This document shows, in pieces, positions 12,507 to 22,885 of a stretch of DNA of 64,000 nucleotides. Below the pieces are notes generated by a model that did not search any database, was not told where the DNA came from, and worked only from the letters and a program-made list of their open reading frames with translations. Where the stretch lies: positions 62,001 to 126,000 of the forward strand of contig NIVC01002087.1 in NCBI GenBank assembly GCA_002269645.1, written 5' to 3'. Made by a program: the position numbers and the translations under genes. How positions within the stretch are numbered: the stretch's first letter is position 1; the number at the start of each line of letters is the position of its first letter. The DNA is from Macrostomum lignano. Its lineage: Eukaryota.

Positions 12507-13016
12507 GGGTGTTTCTCGAAACTCACGTAAGTTCTATGGTAAGAAAGAAATTTACGTGTAGCGTAAGTTTGCTCGTAAGACGCTTTCTCAAAACTCACTT
12601 AGACTTTGCGTGGCTTACGCTGTTCGTAAGTCGTATCTGAAACGAAAAGTTGCATGTCTATGGTCATAAATCTGTAAATATCTTTACTTTGTCTATCGTA
12701 AGTTGCTTTCGAGAAAGACCCACCTTCGATAAAGTTTAACTTGACTTGGCTTGACTAAAGCTTCACGTACTATGCGATTAGTGCTTAAGTGCGTCTTACG
12801 ACTGATACCGAGCAGTCGTAGGGTTAAGATCAACCTTACGAAAGACCATAGACATACGAACGTTTCGAGAAACAGTCTTTTGCGCAAAGTTACGAACTCG
12901 TAAAGTTGCGATCAATCTTACGCATAGCTAACTTGCGAGCCCTTCGAGCAACCCGTAAGTGTAGCTTACCCAACTTACGTCTATGGCCGATCGTAAGTTG
13001 CTTTCGAGAAAGACCC
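12507..13016. mobile_element. Probable MITE (Harbinger-like GGG termini), CGTAAG/CTTACG-rich
   Basis: GGGTGTTTCTCGAAA at 12507 matches the reverse complement of TTTCGAGAAAGACCC at 13002-13016 (14/15). A second copy of the right end lies at 12707-12721. No TSD recognised. Confidence 0.5.
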
Positions 13017-13033
13017 CCCCCCCCCCGAGGGTC

Positions 13034-13744
13034 AGTAGAATGCATGAGGGGGCTTCTGGGACAAAATTTTTCACCTCCTCCATAATCCGCCTAAATCCAT
13101 CCATATTATCCCTGACAGAATCAGAAAAAAAGGGGGGTCGCACTCGCTCCGAAAACGTCCTCCATAATCCACCTAAATCCATCCATATTATCCCCGACAG
13201 AATCAGAAAAAAAGGGGGGTCGCACTCGCTCACAAAACGTCCTCCATAATCCCATTAAATCCATCCATATTATCCCTGACAGAATCAGAGCATAACAGGT
13301 GTCCTACTTGTTCCGAAAACTTCGAATATAATCCCATTTTAATCCACCGACATCCACCCATAGCATGTTCGAAACAATCAGAAAATAATCTGCATTCTTC
13401 TCCCCACATTCAATTTGCAAAGCGAAACCAGATCCCAAAGACTTTAAATCATCAGCGCAGGGTCCTTACCCTTTGAAAAAAAAATTAAATTCTCAATAAA
13501 AATGTTTCCAGTTGTCTCTCCGGGTTCTTATTATACTCAGCCTAATCCATTGTACAAATCCAAGTACCAATGCAAACTTGAATGCAGCGAATACATGAGA
13601 AAATATTGGCCCAGCGTTGATATCAATGTCCCTAATATTAATCAAGCTCTCCAAAGACACTGGTTTCATAAGTATGGAGTAACCTACGTAAAAGATTACG
13701 ACAGCTACTATAACTTTGCAGAAATCATTAAGCAATTGCGTTAA
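13034..13744 (+). repeat. Left TIR with 82-bp subterminal repeats (starts 13080, 13162, partial 13244)
   Basis: Inverted match to 27844-28545. Outer ~275 bp nearly identical, inner part diverged. Confidence 0.9.
13502..13744 (+). CDS. Small TIR-encoded protein, 80 aa, unknown function
   Basis: ATG after an A-run. The paralog in the right TIR shows synonymous and conservative differences. Confidence 0.7.
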   Translation: MFPVVSPGSYYTQPNPLYKSKYQCKLECSEYMRKYWPSVDINVPNINQALQRHWFHKYGVTYVKDYDSYYNFAEIIKQLR

Positions 13745-14187
13745 AAAACATACTGAGTTCATTTATTCGCAAGTATATTTACATAAAACAGAAGGAAATA
13801 AGGAGGAAAGAGCAGACACTGAGTGTGCAGGGCTATCCGGCTGAGAATTTTCTTCCGCGACGTGCAAGCTAGTTGCAAGGTTGGAAATGAAACAATCCAA
13901 AATCGATATTCTTCGGATTCAGAATAATATTGATTTTCCTCCCGGTCATTTTGTGAACAGCACTTTCCTGTATTGTCAGGAATTGGCACGAGTTTAAAAA
14001 AAATCCTGGAGATCCAGGAAAGTGTTTAGAAGACTACTATGAGTAGCTTACATTGATAAAATCCTGAATAAATCGAGTAAAAAGACTTTCCTGTATTGTC
14101 AGGAATTCCTGTATTGTCAGGAATTGGCACGAGTTTAAAAAAATCCTGGAGATCCAGGAAAGTGTTTAGAAGACTACTATGAGTAGC

Positions 14188-14535
14188 TTACATTAATAAA
14201 ATCCCAGAAAAAAATTGTTGATAACTAAGAAGTGAATCTTCATCAGCAACAAATGATCGGCGAAGTTCGTCAAACACCATTTCGGTTCTCATGGCATAGT
14301 TGCGATCCTGGGTCTCCATGGCCGCTCTTGAACGAATTCGCTGGTTCTCAACTTTTTCATTGAAGAAATTGTGGAGAACTTCTTGAATTCGCTCTGATGC
14401 CTGCTCGTCGGCATCTAATCCTTCAACAAGGCGACCGTCGTGGAGATTTTCTAGGTCGGTCGAGTAGAACGTAATTTTTTTGTGAACTAAAAACAAAGAT
14501 TTAATTAAAATAAGAGATTTTTCAATTCTTAACAC
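14188..14535 (-). CDS. Polinton hypothetical protein (acidic, probably helical; start uncertain)
   Basis: 115-codon ORF from a non-ATG start; no motif recognised. Confidence 0.4.
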   Translation of the reverse strand: MLRIEKSLILIKSLFLVHKKITFYSTDLENLHDGRLVEGLDADEQASERIQEVLHNFFNEKVENQRIRSRAAMETQDRNYAMRTEMVFDELRRSFVADEDSLLSYQQFFSGILLM

Positions 14536-14832
14536 AGGATAGAATTTCAGTAAGTAAAAAAACGAATAAACTTACAACATAATGAAATCAGCAGCCACAA
14601 CGGTGCAGTATTGCGTGACGAAGAACGTGTGCGAGCAAACTGAGCTGAATTTTCTTGCTTGCTTTAACTAGCTTCCGAGCGATCGATTCCCTCCACCCGC
14701 TTCCTTCCCTCCGGTTGTCAAAGCGGAAAGGAATGCACGCGTGGAACTTTGCGCTCCCTCAGAAAATAGCAGTTACCCCCCCCCCTTTCAAAATGCAGCT
14801 GTTGCGCTTGGCTGCGAATAATCTTTCCCGAC

Positions 14833-15333
14833 TCAAGCGCCTCTCTCTACCCCCAGCTCTTTCAGCAGTCTTCCTAATACCTCGTTTGGAGCACACAAAA
14901 TAAACCCTGCTCCCGAGCGTCCGCCCTCTCTCCCAGTGCACCCGCCCTCTCTCCCCAAACACCCACCCTTGGCGTCCATTCCCAACCCTAACTTTGTTTT
15001 ACCAAAAATAACAGCTTTAACTAGCTTCCGAGCGATCGACTCACGAAATCCGCTTGAAGCCCCTATATTGTCTAGTCTCTTAAGCATTTCTTTGTCCCAG
15101 CGATTCTTCTCCTCAGGAAAATCTCTATACTTAACGTCGTGCCACATGCAGACAGAGTCTAGCTCGTTCACAGACTCATGCCCAGGATGTGGATTATTGT
15201 TTTTATCTAGCTGTATTTCAAGTGGATTCAAAGGCCCGCAATATTTATAGCCGGGAAGTGTCCAGCCTTTGTTCGGATGAGGAAGCTTTTCTATCAGTCC
15301 ATGTGAATCTAACTTACCACCAGAGCGTTGCAT
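14833..15333 (-). CDS. Parvovirus VP1u-type phospholipase A2 (adintovirus PLA2X-like)
   Basis: TLPGYKYCGPLN (Ca-binding loop), VNELDSVCMWHDVKY (HD dyad), downstream DKEM. Confidence 0.88.
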   Translation of the reverse strand: MQRSGGKLDSHGLIEKLPHPNKGWTLPGYKYCGPLNPLEIQLDKNNNPHPGHESVNELDSVCMWHDVKYRDFPEEKNRWDKEMLKRLDNIGASSGFRESIARKLVKAVIFGKTKLGLGMDAKGGCLGREGGCTGREGGRSGAGFILCAPNEVLGRLLKELGVERGA

Positions 15334-15363
15334 TATTTTATTTTAAATTTTCTTTTTAAAAAA

Positions 15364-16398
15364 ATGACAGATCAGAAACTTAAAAAACTCTACTACAGCG
15401 ACAAAGGATTCTTTGTAGGCAAAAATGCCGTTAGTAAACTCATGGAGCTGAGTAAGGAATCAAAAGCTACAGTAGAAAAATGGCTCTCTAAGCAGGCTGT
15501 CTTTCAAGTCTATTTCCCACCAGTAAAATTTGAAAGGCCCCATTTCAGTATTTATAAACCTAATGAAGCGCACCAAGCAGATCTTTTGTTTCTCCCCAAC
15601 GACTCAGGCTACAAGTATGCTCTTACAATTATTGACATTGCTTCCAGATATAAGGAAGCTCGCCCACTCAAGACGAAGAAGTCAGAGGTTGTTGCCAGCG
15701 CACTGCAAGATATTTATAAAAACTCTCCGCTCACATACCCCCAAATCTTTATGACCGACCCGGGTAAGGAATTCATGGGTGTAGTGAAATCCCTTATGGA
15801 AAAGAAAAACACAGAGATTCGCTATGGCAGAACAAACTTGCACAGAGACCAAGCGTACGTTGAGAGATTCAATCTAACTCTAGCCAAGAGGCTATTCACT
15901 AAGCAGACAGCGCAAGAACTCAAACTGAGTGCGGGGCAGTACTTTACCAAGTGGACAGACCGGCTCCCCACTGTTATAGAGCAACTGAACAATGAAGTCA
16001 CACGTATGACTGGATTGAAACCGTCCCATGCAATTAAACAAGACACTGTCGAACTTAAGGCATCTCATAAAACAGACAACACACACAACACACACAACAC
16101 ACACAACACAAAACACACCTCGAACTACCCTAAGCTTCCAGGAGTTGAATCACCATACATACTGACAAACTCTGAGTTTCTACGCTTTTTATATCTACCT
16201 GGAGAGCTAGAGAAAGACACCAAAAGAAGAGCTACAGATCCATACTTCAGCCTTGATGTACATAAAATAGACAGACATTTTACCTCCGACTCCGGTGACT
16301 ATTACTTTTTATCTCAAGCCTTTAACCCTAAATCCCCCACGCGGTCATTCACTAGAGCTGAACTCCTAGTGATACCAGCTGACACAGAAATTAATTAA
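15364..16398 (+). CDS. Retroviral-type DDE integrase
   Basis: HQADLLFL, IIDIASRY, TDPGKEF, VERFNLTL: catalytic D, D and E intact, ORF uninterrupted. Confidence 0.95.
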   Translation: MTDQKLKKLYYSDKGFFVGKNAVSKLMELSKESKATVEKWLSKQAVFQVYFPPVKFERPHFSIYKPNEAHQADLLFLPNDSGYKYALTIIDIASRYKEARPLKTKKSEVVASALQDIYKNSPLTYPQIFMTDPGKEFMGVVKSLMEKKNTEIRYGRTNLHRDQAYVERFNLTLAKRLFTKQTAQELKLSAGQYFTKWTDRLPTVIEQLNNEVTRMTGLKPSHAIKQDTVELKASHKTDNTHNTHNTHNTKHTSNYPKLPGVESPYILTNSEFLRFLYLPGELEKDTKRRATDPYFSLDVHKIDRHFTSDSGDYYFLSQAFNPKSPTRSFTRAELLVIPADTEIN

Positions 16399-16414
16399 AA
16401 TATTAAAATAAAAA

Positions 16415-16869
16415 ATGACAAAGATTGAAACCAGAACCATCAATAAACTCAATAAAATCATTGAATCAAAGAAACCAGGTCTTATATCAATAAAAGGTGC
16501 CAAAGTAAAAATCGATCCCACGCAGCAAATACTTCAGTGTAATGAGCAAAGACACAGCATCACAGATGAAAAGTCAGGAGGAATCCTACCATTAGCAGCT
16601 CTTATCCGATCATTGCAGGCGCTGTAAGTGCCGCAGGTGGTGTAGCTGGAGGTGTAGCAACTGCTGTTAAAGCTGGTAATGATAGAGCCCACCAGCTTGA
16701 ATTGCAAAAGATTGCAAGAGACAAAGGTATAACAATTAAGGCAGGAGAGGGCTGCCCCGATTGTGATGATCGTGATGATTGTGAGCATGAAAATTCTATA
16801 AGCAAGTCTGACATTGTCAAAGCAATCATGACACTACACAATGCTGGGTTTACAATAATGCGGATGTGA
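16415..16869 (+). CDS. Small Gly/Ala-rich amphipathic virion protein candidate (1-nt frameshift near 16606)
   Basis: Adding one C at ATCCG gives GGILPLAALIPIIAGAVSAAGGVAGGVATAVKAGNDRAHQLELQK...MRM*, a motif typical of small Polinton proteins. Confidence 0.7.
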
Positions 16870-16992
16870 TGAGGTTTAAAACCTCACTTTATCCAGCTTC
16901 ATAAACCTAAAGCTACTGATAGGATGTAGAAACAGTTCAACTTTTCTATCAGGGTGGTCACCCTCAAATTTTTTTTATATTTTAGAGAAAAA

Positions 16993-19900
16993 ATGCCCAA
17001 AGCCAATCCAGCAAAAGATTTAGTCAACAAATTTTCAAAAGGCGTCTCATTTCAAGACAAAAGTAATTTACTAAGAGAAGCATGTAAACAAAAGTTTAAC
17101 ACCGACCCCGGTCACCTGGGAAGCTATGAAAAACAGTTGGAAATCATCAATCAATTAGAATCCAACCAGTATGTGCCTATACAAAATCCTGCAAAAGAAC
17201 ACCAAGAGAGGAGTCGCAACTTAGTTAACAAATACGAAACTCTCACTGGTGAAAAAGCAAAGTACCCACAAAATAAGCAGGAACAAGAGAAATTAGAGCA
17301 ATTAATCCATTTAAAAGAGTCGGAGCTTGCCATTGAAGAGATTAATTTTGCACAGAGGAAGTTTACAGAACATTACATAGAGTACACAATCCCAATTAAC
17401 GGCACCAACGGCACCACCGCAAACATCTACGACTATAAAGACAGCATCCAATCAGTTGTTGATCACACACTCAAAACACGCAAGACCTTTAAACTACAGA
17501 TATCATTCAAGATTGCGTTTTATATGCCTGCGAAACCCACTGAGCATCTCGAGTATTACATGACAACAAAGGCAAAGCCATTCACCCCTACAGACACACT
17601 GGATCCTTTCCTTCAAGATGTCAATAAGAAAATTGAAGCGTTTACATCCAGAGGTTCCGGATGGGTCGTGGGAGGGATTCAAAGAGCGACTGTCATGGTC
17701 ATGAAATATGACCCACTTAAAGCCTCCTCTTATATAGAGCTCCCGCATAAGCTAGCCGGCAAAAAAGCTTGCATAAATGTTAAAAATAAAGACAATTGCT
17801 GTGCTCTATGGGCAGTTCTTTCTGCACTTTTTAGTGTACCTCACCACCCCGAAAGAACCTCAAATTATCAAAATTATTTCAAACTATCTCATCGAATGCG
17901 AAAAGAAGGGAATCAGGTTTGACAAAGGAGGCTTGGCGATCTCTCAGATCCCAAAGCTAGAAGAAGTGTTTAATAACAAAATTAGAATCACAGTCTTTGA
18001 GTGGAGTGAAAAACTGAGAAAGTTCAACCGGTCAGATGTAGCAAAGACGTTTTAGATCCTGAGGGGAAAAGGCGGACTGAAGTGGATCTTCTAGTGATTG
18101 GTAATTTACTAGAGGAGGCTCACTATGTTTGGATTAAAGATCTTTCAAGACTCATTCACAAGCAGTTGAATAATCATCACGAGGCTGTTGCCATCTGCCG
18201 CTTGTGCCTTAAGCATTACAGTGGACCTGAACGCTTTGAAAAACTAACAGAGCATGAATTATCATGCGAGGATCACCCAACAAACTGCTCTCTTCCTTCA
18301 GCTGAAGAGAAGTATCTCCGGTTTAAGAACTATCACAAGATGGAGAAGCTCCCATTTGTTGTATATGCTGATTTCGAATGCTCAATCATGCCAGAAACTC
18401 AAAAACAAACTCAAACTCAAAAACATGTCCCCAATTCAGTAGCATATGCCTTTATTAATACAAAAGGACTTGTTGAGTATAATTATTTCTTTGGAGAGCA
18501 GTGTGTGGAGCAGTTTATTGCCAGAATGTTAGAGTTGCAAAAAGTGATTAGCACCCTTCAACCTGTTCCAATAATGATGACTGAGGAGGATGAAAGCAAT
18601 TTCCTATCAGCAACTCATTGCCACATCTGCAGGAAACATTTAACTTGCACTAATATTAAAAACCCCACCGTTAGGGACCACTGCCACTTTACTGGGAAAT
18701 TTAGAGGTGCAGCGCATAACACCTGTAATCTAAAGCTAAAATCGAACATTCATGATCTAACGATATTTTGTCACAACGCAAAGAACTATGACATGCATTT
18801 AATAGTTGAAAAAATCGGCATGATTCCAGACATACACCTTGACTGCATCGCAGAGAACAAGGAGAAGTTTAAGTGTGTTGATATTAAACAGGATAATTCG
18901 GGTAAAGGTGAAGGTACAGGTAAAATAAGACTGAAGGATTCATATCAATTTCTAGCTGCCAGTCTAGACGAACTAAGCAAGAATCTAAAAGATGAACAAT
19001 GTACATATACAAAGATGTTTGCAAGTAAAATTACAACAGTGATGAATCATTTAAACTCCTGAGAACCAAAGGCTTCTACCCCTATGAAAATATTACTGGG
19101 TATCACGTATTTGAAGAAGGTTTACCACCACAAGAAAAGTTCTTTTCAAAGCTAACAGACTCTGGAATCTCTGACAAAGACTATGAGCACGCGAAGCATG
19201 TCTATAATTACTTTAATTGTCAAAACTTTTTCCAGTATCACCTGCTTTACCTCTTCACAGATGTGTTTCTGCTGGCCGATGTGTTTGAAACCTTCAGATA
19301 CACCTGGTACACAGCATATGGCCTCGATCCAGCACATTATGTGTCTCTGCCTGCCACTAGCTGGGAATCTTTGCTTAAAATGAAATGGGATCAAGATCCA
19401 GATTGGTACATTGAACTTCTTACAGACATTGACATGTACAATTTTGTCGAATCGTCAAAGCGAGGGGGAATCTCAATTTGCGTTAACAGGTATGCAAAAG
19501 CAAACAATCCCTACATTGAATCTTACAATAAGGAGCAGCCCTCAAACTACATTACTTACTTGGACGCTAATAATCTCTACGGGTGGGCGATGAGTCAAGA
19601 TCTTCCAGTTAGAGATTTTCGATGGCTACCCTCATCAGAATTCAAACGGGACTTTTCATTGGCTGCCATTTATGAGGTTGATGTTTACATTCCACCAGAG
19701 CTTCACGACTATTTCTCTGACTTTCCACCCTTCCCAGAGAACATCAAGTGCCCGAAAATAATCGAAACTCCCAATGATAATAATGGAACTTGGCACCTGT
19801 CAGGAACAGAAAAAGAACATACAGAGAAACTAACACAGAATCTAAACAACAAGACACGTTACAAAATCCATTACAAACTGCTTCAGTATTTTATCTCACT

Positions 19901-20837
19901 TGGTTGCAGGGTCACCAAAGTTCACAGGGCTCTTACATTTACAGAGGAAGCGTGGATGAAACCCTACATTGATAAGAACACCCAGTTTAGGACCAAAGCA
20001 ACCAACGACTTTGACAAGAACCTCTTTAAGTTGGCCAACAACTCTGTCTATGGCAAGACTCTTGAGAATGAGCGGAAAAGAACAAACCTGAAACTTGTTA
20101 CCTCATCAGAGCCTGCTGTTATTCAGGCAAATATGTCAAAGCCAACATTCAAAGAACTCCATATCTTTAATAGCTACTTAGGTGTGATCATATTTTACAA
20201 AACCAAGGTGACGCTGCGCAAGCCGATCTATACAGGTGTCACTGTTCTCGACGAATCAAAACGTCTGATGTACCAGTTCTTCTATGGCATGAAGCAGCAG
20301 TACAAGGATAAAATGAAACTCTTGTACACTGACACAGACAGTTTTATTATGGACATTCAAACAGAAGACATTTATCAGGACATGCTGCAGCAAAAAGATT
20401 TGTTTGACTTGTCTGAGTATGATGAATCTTGCAGGACACAGAATGGCGATCAAGTGTTTGACGCCACTAACAAGAAAGTGATTGGGAAAATGAAGGACGA
20501 GATTGCTGGTGACATAATCACTGAATTCATTGGGTTGAGAGCAAAGTCCTATTTTGTAAAATGTGAGTCGTCAGACCCAATCAAAAAATCAAAGGGAATT
20601 CCGAAACGTGTGGTTAGGAAGGAAATTAATGAAGCTGAATACAGAGACGCCTTGAATTGCAACAAAAAGACATCACATGAGTTCTCAAAGCTACAATCTA
20701 AAAACCACATTATTCACACAATTCAGCAAAAGAAGATTGGACTGTCAGGTGCAGATAACAAAAGATTCATTTTTGATGACAACATTAACAGTCTACCGTT
20801 CGGGCACTGGAGATTAGGTTTAGGAGGTGGAGGTTAG
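16993..20837 (+). CDS. Protein-primed DNA polymerase B (~1280 aa) with inserted endonuclease VII-like Zn module; three 1-nt frameshifts (~17875, ~18010, ~19028)
   Basis: ExoI YADFE, ExoII HNAKNYD, ExoIII YLFTDV, YLDANNLYGWAMS, KLANNSVYGK, YTDTDSF, FIGLRAKSY. The four frame segments join seamlessly. Confidence 0.95.
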
Positions 20838-20889
20838 GAGGTGGAGATTAGGTTTAGGTTTAAGAGAAAGTTTAATAAAACTCAAAAAA

Positions 20890-21290
20890 ATGACGACAAA
20901 TAACTTTCTTGAAGATTTGGCTAACGAACTGGAAATCCCAAACTTTAGAGGAATATTTATGAGGGACACTCTGCCTGATTTTCCTCTAAGAAAAGAATGC
21001 GGCATCATGAACTTTGACACCACTGATAAGCCAGGATCTCATTGGGTTTGCTGGGTGATTGATCCCGATCGCAAGCACAAGTGTTATTACTTCGATAGCT
21101 ATGGGACGGCAGTACCAGAAGAGCTAAGAAATTATATGAAGGGAAAAAAAATAAAAAAATTTATCGCTCAGACTTTATTCTCCAAGGTCTTAGCAGTGAT
21201 ATTTGCGGTGAGCTGTGCATGACTGTTTTGTATGCAATGACCAAAACACGAAAGACCTACAAGGAAATTATTCGTACCTGTGTTTCATAG
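20890..21290 (+). CDS. Adenain-like cysteine protease (1-nt frameshift in A-runs at 21144-21159)
   Basis: GSHWV (His), YYFDSYG (Asp). The -1 frame continues IYRSDFILQGLSSDICGELC (Gln, catalytic Cys) to TAG at 21290. Confidence 0.92.
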
Positions 21291-21293
21291 GGT

Positions 21294-21949
21294 TCATTGT
21301 GCATTTCTCGTTGTCCTTACCGAATTTCTCGTTGTCCTTCTTTCCGCATAATGTTGAAGAACTTTCTCGAGTTCATTTCTCAGCTGACTCATGTCATCAG
21401 TACCGACCATGTTCAAGTTCATTCGAATTGATTGTTCATAAAGATCCTGAATGGTTTTGAACTCATCCTCTGAAATGAACTTATCCTCGATTGCCCTTGA
21501 AATGTACCCTATGATTGATGTGTGCACCCCTTTCTCTTTTACTTGCTTCTCCTGTAGCTGCTTTAGTTTTTTCGCCTGTTTCGCGCTAATGCTCCAGTAA
21601 TTGCTGAAATAAGTCCACATGCAGCACCTACTGAACCAAGTGGAATTGCGATTGGGGCTGTGATGACTGGCAACATTGAGACAGCTGCAGCAGATCCAGA
21701 TAGAACAGACACAGATCCTAGAATCATATTGCTGTAGTCGAAAAATTTACAGTGGCTGTTATAGCGCTTAATTTTCTTTGTGTTGTGGAAAATATTTTTT
21801 TCAAGATCATCTCGCATTTTTTGAATCTCCACTAGTCGAAACTGCTGAGAGTTACAAGTAATGACGGGGTGGAGTTTTTGTTGCTCATATTGGGGTGCAC
21901 TAGGTGCTGTGGGAGCATTCTGATCATAAAGAGAATTTTGAGCATCCAT
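21294..21949 (-). CDS. Polinton membrane protein with hydrophobic hairpin and coiled C-terminus (1-nt frameshift at 21567-21572)
   Basis: FRLVEIQ..KRY, two Gly/Ala-rich hydrophobic segments, then ISRAIEDKFISEDEFKTI in the -1 frame. Confidence 0.75.
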
Positions 21950-22065
21950 TTTTAAGGGAATTTTTTTTAAAAAAATCGGCAACTAGTTGGTGGTGGTTAG
22001 ATTTGTTTTACGTTTGATTGTTTCGTCTGCAGTTGGCGCCAGCAGGTCTCTTCGAATCTACCTAT

Positions 22066-22869
22066 TTATTTGTCTATGCGCTCCATTCTACACTTGATCT
22101 CAAACAAACCGGTTGGCTCACGAAATTTTGGGTTAGTGGTCAAACTGGTTGGCTCACGAAATTTGTGGTCAGTGGTCAAGTCGGTTGGATCACTTATTTC
22201 CCTTGTGGTCTGTGGTGCCTCTTCAACAGGATCAATATCAGGAAGATTGTGTACTCCCTCAAGACGACTGATTCTTCTCAACGATTTCTGCCATTCGGTA
22301 AAAATTAAATCTAAATAGACTTTAATTGCATCAAGTCTTTCTTTAATTCTATCATGCAACGATGTTGACTGAGTCATGAACTCTTCTAAATTCCTCACTT
22401 TACCTGTGTTGGTTGCGACGTTTTCTTTAATTCTATCATGCAACGCTGTTGACTGGTTCATGAACTCTTCTAAATTATTTACTTTAGCTCTGTTTGTGAA
22501 AACTCCTTCTTCAAGAATACGCATCCGTCTATCAGTGGAATTTCTCAGAAGATTAATTGTCGATGTTAACCCATTGATTTGCGAGACTGCCGAAGTTATT
22601 TCTGACCTTAGTTCATTAGTTGCGTGTACAACCTGTACATAAAGCTTATCACTTTCAAACTTCTGCCTAGCTACTTTAAGCCTGAGATCTTCCATGTTTA
22701 TTTGCAACTGGTGCATGGAGCGCTCTAGGGCTTTCAGTCTGTTTTTATTCAGTTTGATCTCTGGGATCTCTTCGTCGCTGTTGATATATCGCCTGTCAAG
22801 GATGGATATTTGAGCTGATGTAAGAGCGCTGTTGCCAGAAATGGATTCACCTGCAAAGTTTATCGACAT
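22066..22869 (-). CDS. Coiled-coil, fibre/spike-like protein candidate, 267 aa
   Basis: Long heptad pattern, duplicated NLEEFMxQSTxLHDRIKE, C-terminal LTTxxKFREPT repeats. Confidence 0.65.
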   Translation of the reverse strand: MSINFAGESISGNSALTSAQISILDRRYINSDEEIPEIKLNKNRLKALERSMHQLQINMEDLRLKVARQKFESDKLYVQVVHATNELRSEITSAVSQINGLTSTINLLRNSTDRRMRILEEGVFTNRAKVNNLEEFMNQSTALHDRIKENVATNTGKVRNLEEFMTQSTSLHDRIKERLDAIKVYLDLIFTEWQKSLRRISRLEGVHNLPDIDPVEEAPQTTREISDPTDLTTDHKFREPTSLTTNPKFREPTGLFEIKCRMERIDK

Positions 22870-22885
22870 CTTTTAATAGCAAATT

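Noticed and set aside
13759-13989. 76-aa minus-strand ORF in the Polinton left arm
   Set aside because: It starts from a non-ATG codon inside a duplicated segment and has no recognisable motif.
17860-19035. Programmed frameshifting in PolB
   Set aside because: Three shifts in mixed directions with no in-phase X_XXY_YYZ heptamer; error or mutation is simpler.
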